In this document: in pieces, positions 1 to 12,000 of the stretch
Position numbering within the stretch: position 1 is the stretch's first letter
Layout: every line of letters begins with the position of its first letter
NCBI GenBank assembly: GCA_028826165.1
Contig: JAPDFW010000022.1
Span: 442,758 to 506,757, forward strand
DNA: 64,000 bases
Source of the DNA: Anaeramoeba ignava BMAN
Taxonomy: Eukaryota > Protista > Anaeramoebae
Reading direction: 5' to 3'
Translations under genes and position numbers: made by a program
Notes under the pieces: model-generated
What the model was told of the DNA's origin: nothing
The model's database searches: none
What the model saw: only the letters and a program-made list of their open reading frames with translations

Positions 1-1965
1 TTTGTTTTTTGTTTTTCTAATTCTTTTTGTCTTTCTAATTCTTTTTGTCTTTCTAATTCTTTTTGTCTTTCTAATTCTTTTTGTCTTTCTAATTCTTTTT
101 GTCTTTCTAATTCTTTTTGTCTTTCTAATTCTTTTTGTCTTTCTAATTCTTTTTGTCTTTCTAATTCTTTTTGTCTCTCTAATTCTTTCTGTCTTTCTAA
201 TTCTTTCTGTCTTTCTAATTCTTTCTGTCTTTCTAATTCTTTTTGTCTTTCTAATTCTTTCTGTCTTTCTAATTCTTTCTGTCTTTCTAATTCTTTTTGC
301 CTTTCTAATTCTTTTTGAAGTTCTAATCTTTTTTGTCTTTCTAATTCTTTTTGTCTTTCTAATTCTCTTTGTTTTTCTAATTCTTTTTGTTTTTCTAGTT
401 CCTTTTGTCTTTCTAATTCTTTTTGTCTTTCTAATTCTCTTTGTCTTTCTAATTCTTTTTGTCTCTCTAATTCTCTTTGTCTTTCTAATTCTTTTTGTTT
501 TTCTAGTTCCTTTTGTAATGGTTCTAAAATTTCTTCAAGAGGAATTAAAGAAGGATATTTAAACAAGAATATATTGCAAAAAAAGCGAATAATTTCAGAT
601 TCGTCACCCTTTTTATGTAAATATTGATTCCAAAAAAATAAATCAAATTAATGAAAAAGAAAAAATTATTTTTGATTTAATTTGATTTTTTGTCTGATAA
701 AAAATGCAAAAAAATAAAAGAGAATTGTTACATTTGCTATATTTTCAGGGTTTGGAAAATCTTTATTATATGAAGTGTTTTGAAGAAGTTTAATCAACAG
801 TTTTGCTCTTTCTAAATTATCAAATTCTAAATAAATATCTAAAAAGTCACTTTCAGGAAATAAAGCACTTAATAAATCAGCATAAACAGTACAAGTCTTT
901 AAAATTAAAATTCATTTATAAATTAAAATTTAAATTAAAAATAAAATTAAAATTAAAATTAAAATTAAAATTTAAAATTAAAATTCAAAATTTTATAAAA
1001 TTAAAATTAAAATTAAATTAAAATTAAAATTAAAATAAAATTAAAATTAAAATCAAAATTAAAATTAAAATTAAAATTCATTTATAAAATTAAAATTAAA
1101 ATTAAAATTAAAATTAAAATTAAAATTTAAAATTAAAATTAAAATCAAAATTAAAATTAAAAATTAAAATTAAATTTATAAAATAAAAAATTAAAATTAA
1201 AAATTAAAATTAAAAATTAAAATTAAAATTAAAATTAAAATTAAAATTAAAAAAAATTTATAAAATTAAAATTAAAATTAAAATTAAAAATTAAAATTAA
1301 AATTAAAATTTAAAATTAAAATTAATTTATAAAATTAAAATTAAAATTTAAAATTAAAATTAAAATTAAAATTAAAATTAAAATTAAAATTTAAAAAATT
1401 AAAATTAAAATTCATTTATAAATTAAAAAATTTAAAATTAAAATTAAAATTAAAATTAAAATTAAAATTAAAATTAAAAATTAAAATTAAAATTCATTTA
1501 TAAAATTAAAATTAAAATTAAAATTAAATTAAAATTAAAATTAAAATTAAAATTAAAATTAAAATTAAAATTAAAATTAAAATTAAAATTAAAATTAAAA
1601 TTAAAATTAAAATTAAAATTAAAATTAAAATTAAAATTAAAATTAAAATTAAAATTCATTTATAAAATTAAAATTTAAATTAAAATTAAAATTAAAATTC
1701 ATTTATAAAATTAAAATTTATTTATAAAATTAAATTTCGAAATTTTTGTTTGGATTAAAAATAAATAATTTACTGGACCATCTTGAACAAAATCATATAA
1801 ACGAACTGGCTTATCTGCCAACTCAAGTTCTTTATTAATCCATTTCTGAAGAAGATCAACTTGACTTTCAGTTGGTTTTAATTGAGATTTTAAAACAGAA
1901 ATTGATTCTTCAAGTGAAATTTGAATTAATAAAGCTTGTACATCAATTTCAAGTTTAGAACTCAT
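1..1965 (-). CDS. Calponin-homology (fimbrin/plastin-type CH) domain protein with (RQKELE)n coiled-coil; 3' end runs off the window. Exons 1965-1774, 896-732, 608-<1
   Basis: Spliced translation [27 protein letters not shown]|[15 protein letters not shown]...[13 protein letters not shown]...PENIAN|[19 protein letters not shown] resembles a plastin CH domain. GT-AG introns are phase 0. The 18-bp repeat at 1-520 reads RQKELE on the minus strand. Confidence 0.7.
900..1735. repeat. (AAAATT)n microsatellite filling intron 1 of the CH gene
   Basis: Hexamer tandem array visible directly. Confidence 0.95.
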
Positions 1966-2361
1966 TTTAAAATAAAGAAATAAAGGAAAATAAAGGAAAA
2001 AAGTTTTTTAAATCAATTTAAATTAATTTGAGAAAAAAATAAAAAGAGAAAGAAAAAAAAATGAAAAAAAAATATTTAAAAAAAAATAAAAAAATTTTTC
2101 TTTTTTCTTTTTTTCTTTGTTGTTTTTTGATTTTGTTTTTATTAATTTTTTGATTTTATTTGCCATAAAAACAAAATTTAATAAAGGAATTTTGCTTTTT
2201 TTTATTTTTTATCTTTATTAAAAAAAAAATAATAAAAAGGAGATTTTTAATTAAAAAATTTTTTTTTTCTCATTTTTTTTTTCATTTTTTTTCTTTCAAA
2301 ATTTTTTTTAAATCTTTAAAATAGTTTATAAATAAATAAATAAATAAATAATTTAAAAATA

Positions 2362-4425
2362 ATGAACCAAAAATCCAAAAAAACTTCACAAACAAAAATT
2401 AAACCAACAATCAAAATAGACATAATAAATTTATTAATAATAACAATAGCTTCATTTTTAACGAGATTTTGGAGACTTTCAGAACCACCAAGTGTAGTTT
2501 TTGATGAATATCATTTTGGCAAGTTTACAAATTGGTATCTTTTAGGGGAATATTTTTTCGATATTCATCCACCATCAACGAAACTAGTTTTAGCAGCAAT
2601 AACCCGATTAACGGATTATAAACCAACAAATTTTTATGATCATATTGGATTTCCTTATGAAAATCACAAGTACATGGTTCTTCGCTTTCAACAAGCCTTT
2701 ATCGGCAGTCTTATCCCGCCAGTTCTCTATCTTATCATAAGACAAACAACTTCCTCAACAACACCTGCATTAATTGCAGCTTTAATGGGCTTATTTGACA
2801 ACACCCTTTTGGTTGAATCAAGACTTATTCTAACCGACGGTTTTTTGTTTTTCTTCATTTCAATCACAATTTTGTTCACAATCACTTTTAGAAAATATCC
2901 GCTATTCAGCGGGAAATGGTTTTTCTTTTTAATTGTTGCTGGTTTCGCTTTATCTCTTTCAATCACAACAAAATTAACTTCACTTGGCGGTTTTGCTGCT
3001 GCCGGAGTTTTGCAAATATTATATTATATCTCTCGTTATTTCACATCAAGGCCGAAAAACGGGGAATTTTGGAACATATCCTTTCGAACCCCCAACACCC
3101 TCTCTGAGACCAACACCTTGCTATTGGATCTACTAACAACTGGACTCTCACTACTTGGAATTCCTATTGTTGTCTTTTTTGTTTCTTGGATTTTCCACTT
3201 TTTTGTTTTGCCATATCATGGAATGGGTGATCCTTATATGGAACCCAATTTTTTGCCCTGCGTTGCATCCCCAAATGATGTCTTCCAACCTCATCCGTTA
3301 TTGTGTACTCCTCTTTTATCCCGTATTTTGAATCTTAATAAAATTATGCATAATGCTAATATGGGTATACTAGCTCCTCATGCTTACGGTTCTGGTTGGA
3401 AGGACTGGCCCCTTCATACTGGTACAATTGCAAATTATTGGGCTGAATTTGTTGATGATACTTCTAAATATGTTTTTTGTCTTGGTAATCCAATTGTTTG
3501 GTGGCTTGCTTTTGCTGGTGTTTGTTTTGGTTTTTTGCTTATTTTGTTGGTTGTTTTGCATTATTTGTGGTTATTTTTTAGAGGAAAAATAACTGAAACA
3601 AATAATGAAAATGAAAATGAAAATCAAAATCAAAATCAAAATCAAAATCAAAATCAAAATGAAAATCAAAAAAATAATCAAAATCAAAATCAAAATCAAA
3701 ATCAAAAAAATAATGAAAATGAAAATGAAAATCAAAATCAAAATCAAAATCAAAATCAAAATCAAAATGAAAATCAAAAAAATAATCAAAATCAAAATCA
3801 AAATCAAAATCAAAAAAATAATGAAAATGAAAATGAAAATCAAAAAAATAATGAAAATCAAAATCAAAAAAATAATCAAAATCAAAATGAAAATCAAAAT
3901 CAAAATCAAAATCAAAATCAAAATCAAAATAAAAATAAAAAAAATAATGAAAATCAAAATCAAAATCAAAATCAAAAAAATAATGAAAATCAAAATAAAA
4001 ATAAAAATCAAAATCAAAATAAAAAAATCAAAAGATTAAAAAAATCAAATACAAAAATTACAAAAATGCAAAAAATAAAAAATTTCTTCCATTCATTCTT
4101 CAAAAAATCTTATAATGAATTCATTATTCTTTTATACTTCTTTGCTGGTTATACTGCAAGTTTACTTCCATTCATTTTAGTTCCAAGAGTCACATTTATT
4201 TATCATTATATTCCTTCACTTATTTTTGCAATACTTTTAACTTCTAAAATGTTTGATATTCTATTCAAATTAATTCCTAATAATTTTTTCAAAATGTTTA
4301 TCCTTTCTATTTTGATTGGATCAATCTTTTTTGGTTGGTGGTTTTTCATTCCTTTTGTTTATAATATTCCTTTCAAAAGTGATTATTTTCCCAAATTTAT
4401 GTGGTTAGACTCTTGGAATCCTTAA
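2362..4425 (+). CDS. PMT: Dolichyl-phosphate-mannose:protein O-mannosyltransferase (PMT/POMT family), no MIR domains, with an in-frame N/Q/E insert
   Basis: Motifs VVFDEYHFG, FFDIHPP, ESRLILTD, HAYGSGWKDWP, LGNPIVWW and RVTFIYHYIPS; many TM segments. Confidence 0.9.
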   Translation: MNQKSKKTSQTKIKPTIKIDIINLLIITIASFLTRFWRLSEPPSVVFDEYHFGKFTNWYLLGEYFFDIHPPSTKLVLAAITRLTDYKPTNFYDHIGFPYENHKYMVLRFQQAFIGSLIPPVLYLIIRQTTSSTTPALIAALMGLFDNTLLVESRLILTDGFLFFFISITILFTITFRKYPLFSGKWFFFLIVAGFALSLSITTKLTSLGGFAAAGVLQILYYISRYFTSRPKNGEFWNISFRTPNTLSETNTLLLDLLTTGLSLLGIPIVVFFVSWIFHFFVLPYHGMGDPYMEPNFLPCVASPNDVFQPHPLLCTPLLSRILNLNKIMHNANMGILAPHAYGSGWKDWPLHTGTIANYWAEFVDDTSKYVFCLGNPIVWWLAFAGVCFGFLLILLVVLHYLWLFFRGKITETNNENENENQNQNQNQNQNQNENQKNNQNQNQNQNQKNNENENENQNQNQNQNQNQNENQKNNQNQNQNQNQKNNENENENQKNNENQNQKNNQNQNENQNQNQNQNQNQNKNKKNNENQNQNQNQKNNENQNKNKNQNQNKKIKRLKKSNTKITKMQKIKNFFHSFFKKSYNEFIILLYFFAGYTASLLPFILVPRVTFIYHYIPSLIFAILLTSKMFDILFKLIPNNFFKMFILSILIGSIFFGWWFFIPFVYNIPFKSDYFPKFMWLDSWNP

Positions 4426-4740
4426 TCAAAAATTAATCAAAAATTAATCAAAAATTAATCTTTTTTTTAATCTTTTTTTAATCTTTTTTTTTAATCTTTT
4501 TTTAATCTTTTTTTTAATCTTTTTTTTAATCTTTTTTTTTAATCTTTTTTAATCTTTTTTTTAATCTTTTTTTAATCTTTTTTTTTAATCTTTTTTTAAT
4601 CTTTTATTTTTTGGATTTCTTTCTTTCCAAAAAATTAAAAAAATAATGAAAATTAAAAAAATTAAAGAAAAATAATCGTTTTTTTATTGGAATTGAAGAA
4701 GAAACAAATACAAAAATAAACATTTTGTTTTGTGGATCTT

Positions 4741-6692
4741 TCATACTTTTTCTTTATTTCCATTTTCTTTTTCAAATAATTGAATTCTTGAATAATTAAA
4801 ACTCAAAACATGTTTAAGAGGATTTTCCAAATAATGGAAAACTGAATGATTAGAAATTTCCAAAGAAGTTTTTTCAAAATAAGTAGTATCAAAATAACTA
4901 ATATCTTTTTGATTCAAAATTTTAGGAACAAAAGGAGGTTCAACATTTCTTAAATTTTTCCAATCAATTCCATCAAAAAAAGGATGTTCTTTAATTTCAG
5001 AAATACAAGACTTTCCAAGTCTCTTTGCTTTTGGAGCAAGCAATTTGGTTATCAAATCCCAAGCTTCTTTACTCATAGGTTCTTCTCCATCTGAATAAGT
5101 TGGAAAATGAAGTGTTTTCTTGAAATGAATAACATTTTCAAGTGTTTCTTCTTTTGTTCTTCCTACAAAAGGTGTTGTTCCAGAAAGCATTTCATACAAA
5201 AGACATCCCAAACTCCAGAAATCAACCTCTTTGGAATATTTTTTTCGTGTCAAAATTTCAGGTGCAACATATTCAGGTGATCCAGCTACTGAATTTAATC
5301 TTTTTGAGCATGGAATACTAAAAAATGATTCTTCCTTCAATAGTTCAGATAAACTGGGAATTGATGTTTTTTTGGATTTTTCTAGTTTTTCTGCCATTGG
5401 AAGTGGATCATTTTCTGAAACTTCATCAATTTTTTTACTTAATCCAAAATCTGTTAGTTTAATATGGCCTTTGCTATCAATAAGAAAATTTTCTGGTTTC
5501 AAATCTCTATTCAAAAAGAAAAGAAAAATAAATCAATTAAAAACAAATTTTAGAATTTTTTCTTTCTTATTAATTTATTTCTTTTAAGATTGATTAATTA
5601 ATTAATTAATTTATTGATTGATTAATTGATTTATTTTAAGATTTATTGATTTATTTTAAGATTGATTGATTTATTTATTTTAAGATTTATTAATTTATTT
5701 TAAGATTAATTGATTTATTTTAAGATTGATTTATTAATTTATTAATTAATTAATTGATTGATTAATTGATTGATTGATTTATTTTAAGATTTATTTTAAG
5801 ATTAATTGATTTACCTGTGAATAAATCCAAGTTTATGTAAATCTTCTACTGCTAAAACCATTTCTGAAAAATATAATTTGGCTACTTCTTCATCAAGAAA
5901 TTTTAGATGATTCAAAAGAGTTTTAAAATCTCCTCCTTGAAGAAATTCCATTCCAAGATATAAATAATCTGTGTCTTGAAAAGAATAAAAAAGTTTTGCA
6001 AGCCAATCAGAGTTATGCTTGATCATAACCTCTCTTTCATTATTAATATGTTCAATCTAAAGAAATAAAACAAAAAAATTTTTTTTATTTTTAGGGATAA
6101 ATTTTGTTCTCAATTTAAATTAAAATTAAATTTAAAATTAAAATTTTACTTCATCAATCGTTGAAAGTTTATCTTTTTTCAATCTTTTCATTGCAATAAA
6201 TTCTTGAAATTCAGGTCTTTCACAAAGAAAAACATCACTAAAACCTCCTTGTCCAATTTTCGCAATAACTTTAAAGTTTTCCATTGATAATTTACTTCTT
6301 CGGTTTCTGAGAAAATGCGTTTCTTTTGAAAAATGTTCTTTTGTTTTCTTTTTCTTTTGCCAAAAAGAGACTTTATTTTGTTTCATTCCCTCTCTCAAAT
6401 TTTGGATTCTTTTTTCTCTTTCTGAAAGATAGGAAAATACATTCAAATAATGTTCTCTCATAAATTTTTTACATAATTCAACCTAAAAAAAAAAAAAAAA
6501 GCAAAAAAAAAAAATTAGAACATTTTTTTTTAAATAAAGAATAAAAAAATTTTTTTTTTTTTGATCTTTCTTTTTTACTTTTTTATTTGTTTGTCTACTG
6601 GTTTGATTTACTGATTTTTTCTTCACTAATCCAGATAAAGCTCTTGATTTTGTATTAACTTTTGTAAATCTTTTTAATTGAGATGAACTCAT
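4741..6692 (-). CDS. NDR/Dbf2-Sid2-like AGC Ser/Thr kinase; exons 6692-6579, 6482-6150, 6056-5815, 5506-4741
   Basis: N-terminal KETHFLRNRR regulatory segment, IGQGGFS, HR|DLKPEN across an intron, DFG followed by an insert, SVAGSPEY, AGC C-tail. Confidence 0.9.
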
Positions 6693-7113
6693 TTGAATAA
6701 TAATAATAACAAAAATAATGAAAAATCAAAATTGAATAAAAAATATTAAAAACAAGAAATAATTAAAAATAGTAAAAATTTGTAAAAAAATATTGAAAGA
6801 AAATAATGATTTTTAAAAATAAAAAAAAGGAGAATACAAAAAAAAATAAAATAAAATAAAATAAAAAGGAAAAAATGATAAGAAAAATTTTTTGAAAGTT
6901 GACGAAGCGATCAAGTTTAAAAATAATTTTGCTTTTTTTAAATCAATAAGATTTCTTCGTCATTTCCACATTATCATTTAAATTAAAAAAATTTAAATTA
7001 AAAAAAAAAGAAGATCAAAAAAATTAAAAAAAATATTTTATTTTTATTTTTAACATTTTATTTATTTTCAAATTAAAATCCTCGTCATAAAAGAAACTAA
7101 TTAATTAATTAAT

Positions 7114-7598
7114 TCAATTTTTTTCAATTTGTTTTTCAGTTCTAAGATAACTAATAATTTTTAAATTTTGATCAGTAACTGCTGAATGAATAATAAAAGG
7201 AAAAGAATTTTCATTTGATTCAATTCTAACTTTCATAATAAAATTTAAAATTCTATAAGAATGCCATTTTTTATCACTATTTTCTTTTTGGATTTTATTT
7301 GGAATTTTTCTTAAAATTTGCCAGTTTTCTTTTCTTTGTTGGAATTGGTAAACAAATCTAAAATTTTCAGCTTGATTTTTAATAATAAAAAAAATTTGAT
7401 TAATTAATAAATTATTTATTTTTTTATTTATTAATTTATTTTGTTTGATCTACTTTGACAAACAAATGGTTTTTCAGGTATATTTTCAATTGGTTTTTGT
7501 ATTCCTCCTTTTTTAATTGTAAAATATTCTGAATTTTGAATAATTTCTTTTAAAGCAATTAATAATTCTTGAAACATTTTCTCAGAAAAATTATCCAT
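7114..7598 (-). CDS. Hypothetical protein of about 133 aa; exons 7598-7454 and 7370-7114
   Basis: Two open segments joined in frame by a phase-1 GT-AG intron; TCATTT tracts upstream; no recognised motif. Confidence 0.55.
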
Positions 7599-7840
7599 TT
7601 TCTCAATAATTAAAATTAAAGGAAGAATTATATTTTTATTAACTCTAATAAAATGTAAATTTTTTCTATTATTTTGCATTTTTAATTTGAATTGGAAAAA
7701 AAATGAAAAAAAAATGAAAAAAATGAAAAAACATTTTTCACTTTTTACTTCTTTTAGTTATAGTTTTTTAATTTGGAAATTAAAAATTTTTTTCAATCAT
7801 TTGAATTTTCTTTCTTTTTTCTTTTGGTTCAAATCTTAGA

Positions 7841-8932
7841 ATGTCAAAAAAAACTTTTCTCTTATTTTTCCCATCAATTCTTTTCATAATCATCTTAATT
7901 TGGCTCAAAACATTTGCGTTTTATGATAAATTCACACTTCAAGAATCACCTTTACTTAGAATAGTAATTATAGCCGATCCACAAATGAAAGGTGAAAATC
8001 CAAATGAAGAAGAATTTGGAACACTGAAAGACCAATTGAACGATTTTTACTATCAACACATCATTCACAAAATCAGCACACACATTTCCCCAACACATAT
8101 CATTGTTCTTGGAGATATTTTTGCGAATTTCCAAATGAATAACCAACTTTTTGCTTCAAAATACAAACGTTACAAAAGAATATTTGAATCTGCAATTACA
8201 AATAAGCAGATTCAAGTGATTAATTTAGCTGGAAATGAGGATATTGGATATGGAGCTGATTGTGATCCAAATGCTATTCAAAGATTCCAAGAAAAATTCA
8301 ATGATTTGAATATTTTGATTGAATATCCTCACTTGAGTCTTGCAATTGTTAATAATATCCCGCTTGATGGCTCATCAAATCTCAATGAATTCAATAAAAG
8401 TTGGCAGTTTCTTGCCAATTTGGCTTCTAAATCACAAGAAAACCAAATCATTTTATTCATGCATATTCCACTTTACAAACAAAATGAGAAATGCAAAATC
8501 AATCATGATATTCTATTTGAAAATCGAAATCAAAACAACGTTGTTATTTATCAAAATATGCTCAGTGAAAATACCTCAGATTTCATTATTAACAACATCA
8601 AACCCTTCATGATATTCACTGGACATAGTAATTCCGGTTGTCAATATACCCATCAAGACAAAATCACTGAATATACTTTAAGATCTGTTAATGGTGATTT
8701 TGGTGGTGGTTTTGTTGTTTTGGAAATAAAGCCCAATTCAAACGGTTCTGGCTATCGTTTCTGGATCAACAAATATACTTTTCCAACTTCAAATGTCATC
8801 ATCTTAATGATTATTTTGTTAATTTGCTATCTTGGATTTCTTGTCGGTTTTTTTCTGTTAAAAATAATCCCAACAATTTACAAAAAAATCATTATAAAAA
8901 AGAAAATTGAAAATTCTAAAAAGCAGAAATAA
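7841..8932 (+). CDS. Ted1/Cdc1/PGAP5(MPPE1)-like membrane metallophosphoesterase
   Basis: N- and C-terminal TM helices; motifs ADPQM, LGD, GNEDIGY, HIPLY, TGHSNSGC. Confidence 0.8.
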   Translation: MSKKTFLLFFPSILFIIILIWLKTFAFYDKFTLQESPLLRIVIIADPQMKGENPNEEEFGTLKDQLNDFYYQHIIHKISTHISPTHIIVLGDIFANFQMNNQLFASKYKRYKRIFESAITNKQIQVINLAGNEDIGYGADCDPNAIQRFQEKFNDLNILIEYPHLSLAIVNNIPLDGSSNLNEFNKSWQFLANLASKSQENQIILFMHIPLYKQNEKCKINHDILFENRNQNNVVIYQNMLSENTSDFIINNIKPFMIFTGHSNSGCQYTHQDKITEYTLRSVNGDFGGGFVVLEIKPNSNGSGYRFWINKYTFPTSNVIILMIILLICYLGFLVGFFLLKIIPTIYKKIIIKKKIENSKKQK

Positions 8933-9034
8933 AATACTTATTTATTTCTTAATTATTATTTAAAAACAAAAACAAACAATTTTTTTTTTATCCGATTTTT
9001 TTTTTCATTTTTTTTTTTCATTCAAAAATAAATA

Positions 9035-12000
9035 ATGAGTTCTCAAAAATCAAAATCAAATAAAAAAAAACGCAATAAAAAATTAAAAAAAGAAAATCAA
9101 ACCAATTTAATTTCAGTTCCTTCAATAGAAGAAAGTCAAAAAGAATGGAAAATAAAATTAATTACTTTCTTAAAACAAAAAAACAATCAAAAAATCAATT
9201 TAAATTTAGAAGAAGCGAGAAAATTTCATTATGTTTATATCAATCCAAAAGACATGATTTCCCATAGCGTTACAACAAACACGCCTCTAGTCCTTATGAA
9301 CACAGAAAATAACAGAATGGTTGTGATGAACTCCAAACCAAACGTTTCAATTTCATCGGGGAATATTTTCATTGCAAATGAAGATGACCTTTTGAATTTG
9401 GGGATATCGAGACAAAAATCACAAACTACAGGCGTTGAATCTCATGCTGTGATACTTGAGCATTTAAGTTCAAAGCACCAAGTCGTTCAGGCTTCTAAAA
9501 TAACACTTATTCCTGAATCAATTTCTGCCAAGATTTTGTTTTCGGGGAAAGACTCTAATCCCGAGACAATCAAATTATCAAATACTTACATTTCACAAAC
9601 CCTTCGGGATCGCTTTGTTATGAGTGGCTCTCGGTTGTCTATATTTCTTTTTGGTTCGAACCGTATATTTTTAATGGGATCCACAAAACCAAAGTCACAC
9701 ACGATTTATGAAATCACAAACAAAACAAAAATAGTTGTCAAAATTGACAGCTATAAATTTCTTAAGAACCAAAAGTGGAACACAAAATACTATCAAGTCA
9801 AATCTGATGAATTAGAGGGATTTGGAGGATTAGAAGCTGTAGGTGGACTTGAATCACAGACTAAAACAATAAAAGAAATAATAGAATATCCTGTTAAATT
9901 TCCAGAAATTTTTTCAATGTTTAAAATTCGCCCTGTTGTTGGTATTCTTCTTTTTGGCCCTCCTGGAACTGGCAAAACACTTCTGGCCAAAGCAATTGCA
10001 AAAGATTCAAAAAGAAACGTGTTTGTTATTAATGCGCCTGAAATTGCAGGTCAATACTATGGAGAATCAGAACAAATTTTACGTGATGTTTTTTCTTCTG
10101 CTCGTTCAAAATCTCCCTCGCTTATTCTTGTGGATGAAATGGATACTATTTTCCCCAAAAGAGAGGCTGCTATGAATGAAGCTGAGAAGAGAATTGTGTC
10201 TGAATTTCTGATTCAGATGGATCAGCTCTCTTCTAATTATGATCATCATCAATTTGATCCAAAAATTCACAATTCGGAAAATTTTCATTTGCAAAATGTT
10301 ATTGTAATTGGAACAACAAATAGGATTGAGGCTATTGATCCTGCTTTTAGAAGGCCTGGTAGATTTGATCGTGAGATTGAACTTGGTGTTCCAAGTGAAA
10401 AAGAAAGAGAGAAAATTTTGACAATTTTACTTAAATCTATTCCAAATAATTTGTCTGAAAAAGATATTAAATATTTTGCTGGATTAAGTCATGGATTTGT
10501 TGGAGCTGATTTAAATTTTCTTATTCAAGAAGGGTGTTTAAATTATATGAAGAGAATAAAAAGAAAGAAAGAAGAGAATAAAAATCAAAAAGAAATAAAA
10601 ATAGAAAATCAAAATCAAAATCAAAATCAAATTCAAAATCAAAATCAAAAAGAAATAAAAATAGAAAATCAAAACCAAAATCAAAATCAAAATCAAAATC
10701 AAAATCAAATCCAAAATCAAAATCAAAATCAAAATCAAAATCAAAATCAAAATCAAATTCAAAATCAAATTCAAAATCAAAATCAAATTCAAATTCAAAA
10801 TCAAAATCAAAATCAAAATCAAAATCAAAATCAAAATCAAATTCAAAATCAAAATCAAAATCAAAATCAAATTCAAAATCAAAATCAAAAAGAAATAAAA
10901 ATAGAAAATCAAAATCAAAATCAAAATCAAAATCAAAATCAAATTCAAAATCAAAATCAAATTCAAATTCAAATTCAAAAAGAAATAAAAATAGAAAATC
11001 AAATTCAAATTCAAAAAGAAATGAAAATAGAAAATCAAATTCAAAATCAAAATCAAAATCAAATTAAAAATCAAAAAGAAATAAAAATAGAAAATCAAAA
11101 TCAAAATCAAAATCAAAATCAAATTCAAAATCAAAATCAAAATCAAATTAAAAATCAAAAAGAAATAAAAATAGAAAATCAAATTCAAATTCAAAATCAA
11201 AATCAAATTCAAAATCAAATTCAAAATCAAAATCAAAATCAAAATCAAATTCAAATTCAAAAAGAAATTAAAATAGAAAATCAAAATCAAAATCAAAATC
11301 AAAATCAAAATCAAATTCAATATCAAAATCAAAATCAAAATCAAAATCAAATTAAAAATCAAAAAGAAATAAAAATAGAAAATCAAATTCAAATTCAAAA
11401 TCAAAATCAAATTCAAAATCAAATTCAAAATCAAATTCAAAATCAAAATCAAAATCAAAATCAAATTAAAAATCAAAAAGAAATAAAAATAGAAAATCAA
11501 ATTCAAATTCAAAATCAAAATCAAATTCAAAATCAAAATCAAAATCAAAATCAAATTCAAAAAGAAATAAAAATAGAAAATCAAATTCAAAAAGAAATGA
11601 AAATTGCTTTGGAATCAAAAGATCTTAAAAAAGCAATCCAAAAAATAAGACCAAGTGCAATGAGAGAAATATTAATTCAAGTTCCACATGTAAATTGGAA
11701 AGATATTGGAGGTCTTGAAGATGTCAAACAAAAACTCAAAGAATCAATTGAATGGCCAATTATTCATCCCCAAGCCTTTGAAAGATTAGGAATTAGAGCA
11801 CCAAAAGGTGTATTATTATATGGGCCTCCAGGTTGTAGTAAAACAATGATGGCTAAAGCCTTGGCAACAGAAGCTGGTCTTAATTTTCTTGCTGTAAAAG
11901 GCCCTGAAATATTCTGTTTATCTTCTCAAACAAAAATTCTTACTGATCATTTTGGATTAATTAATATCCAAGATTTATACCAAAAAATTAAACCTTTTTC

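Noticed and set aside
2-562. 186-aa hydrophobic (FLILFV)n ORF on the + strand
   Set aside because: Antisense reading of the RQKELE coding repeat
900-1735. Telomeric repeat
   Set aside because: No G-rich strand; lies inside an intron
5231-5587. Short antisense or alternate-frame ORFs overlapping real genes (also 9793, 18714, 19269, 34871, 39904, 52204, 58471)
   Set aside because: Shadow ORFs with no independent motifs
10530-11610. Q/N insert in AFG2 as a spliceosomal intron
   Set aside because: No GTAA-like donor at the repeat border, unlike real introns here, and the frame is kept for 1 kb; not fully excluded without RNA data
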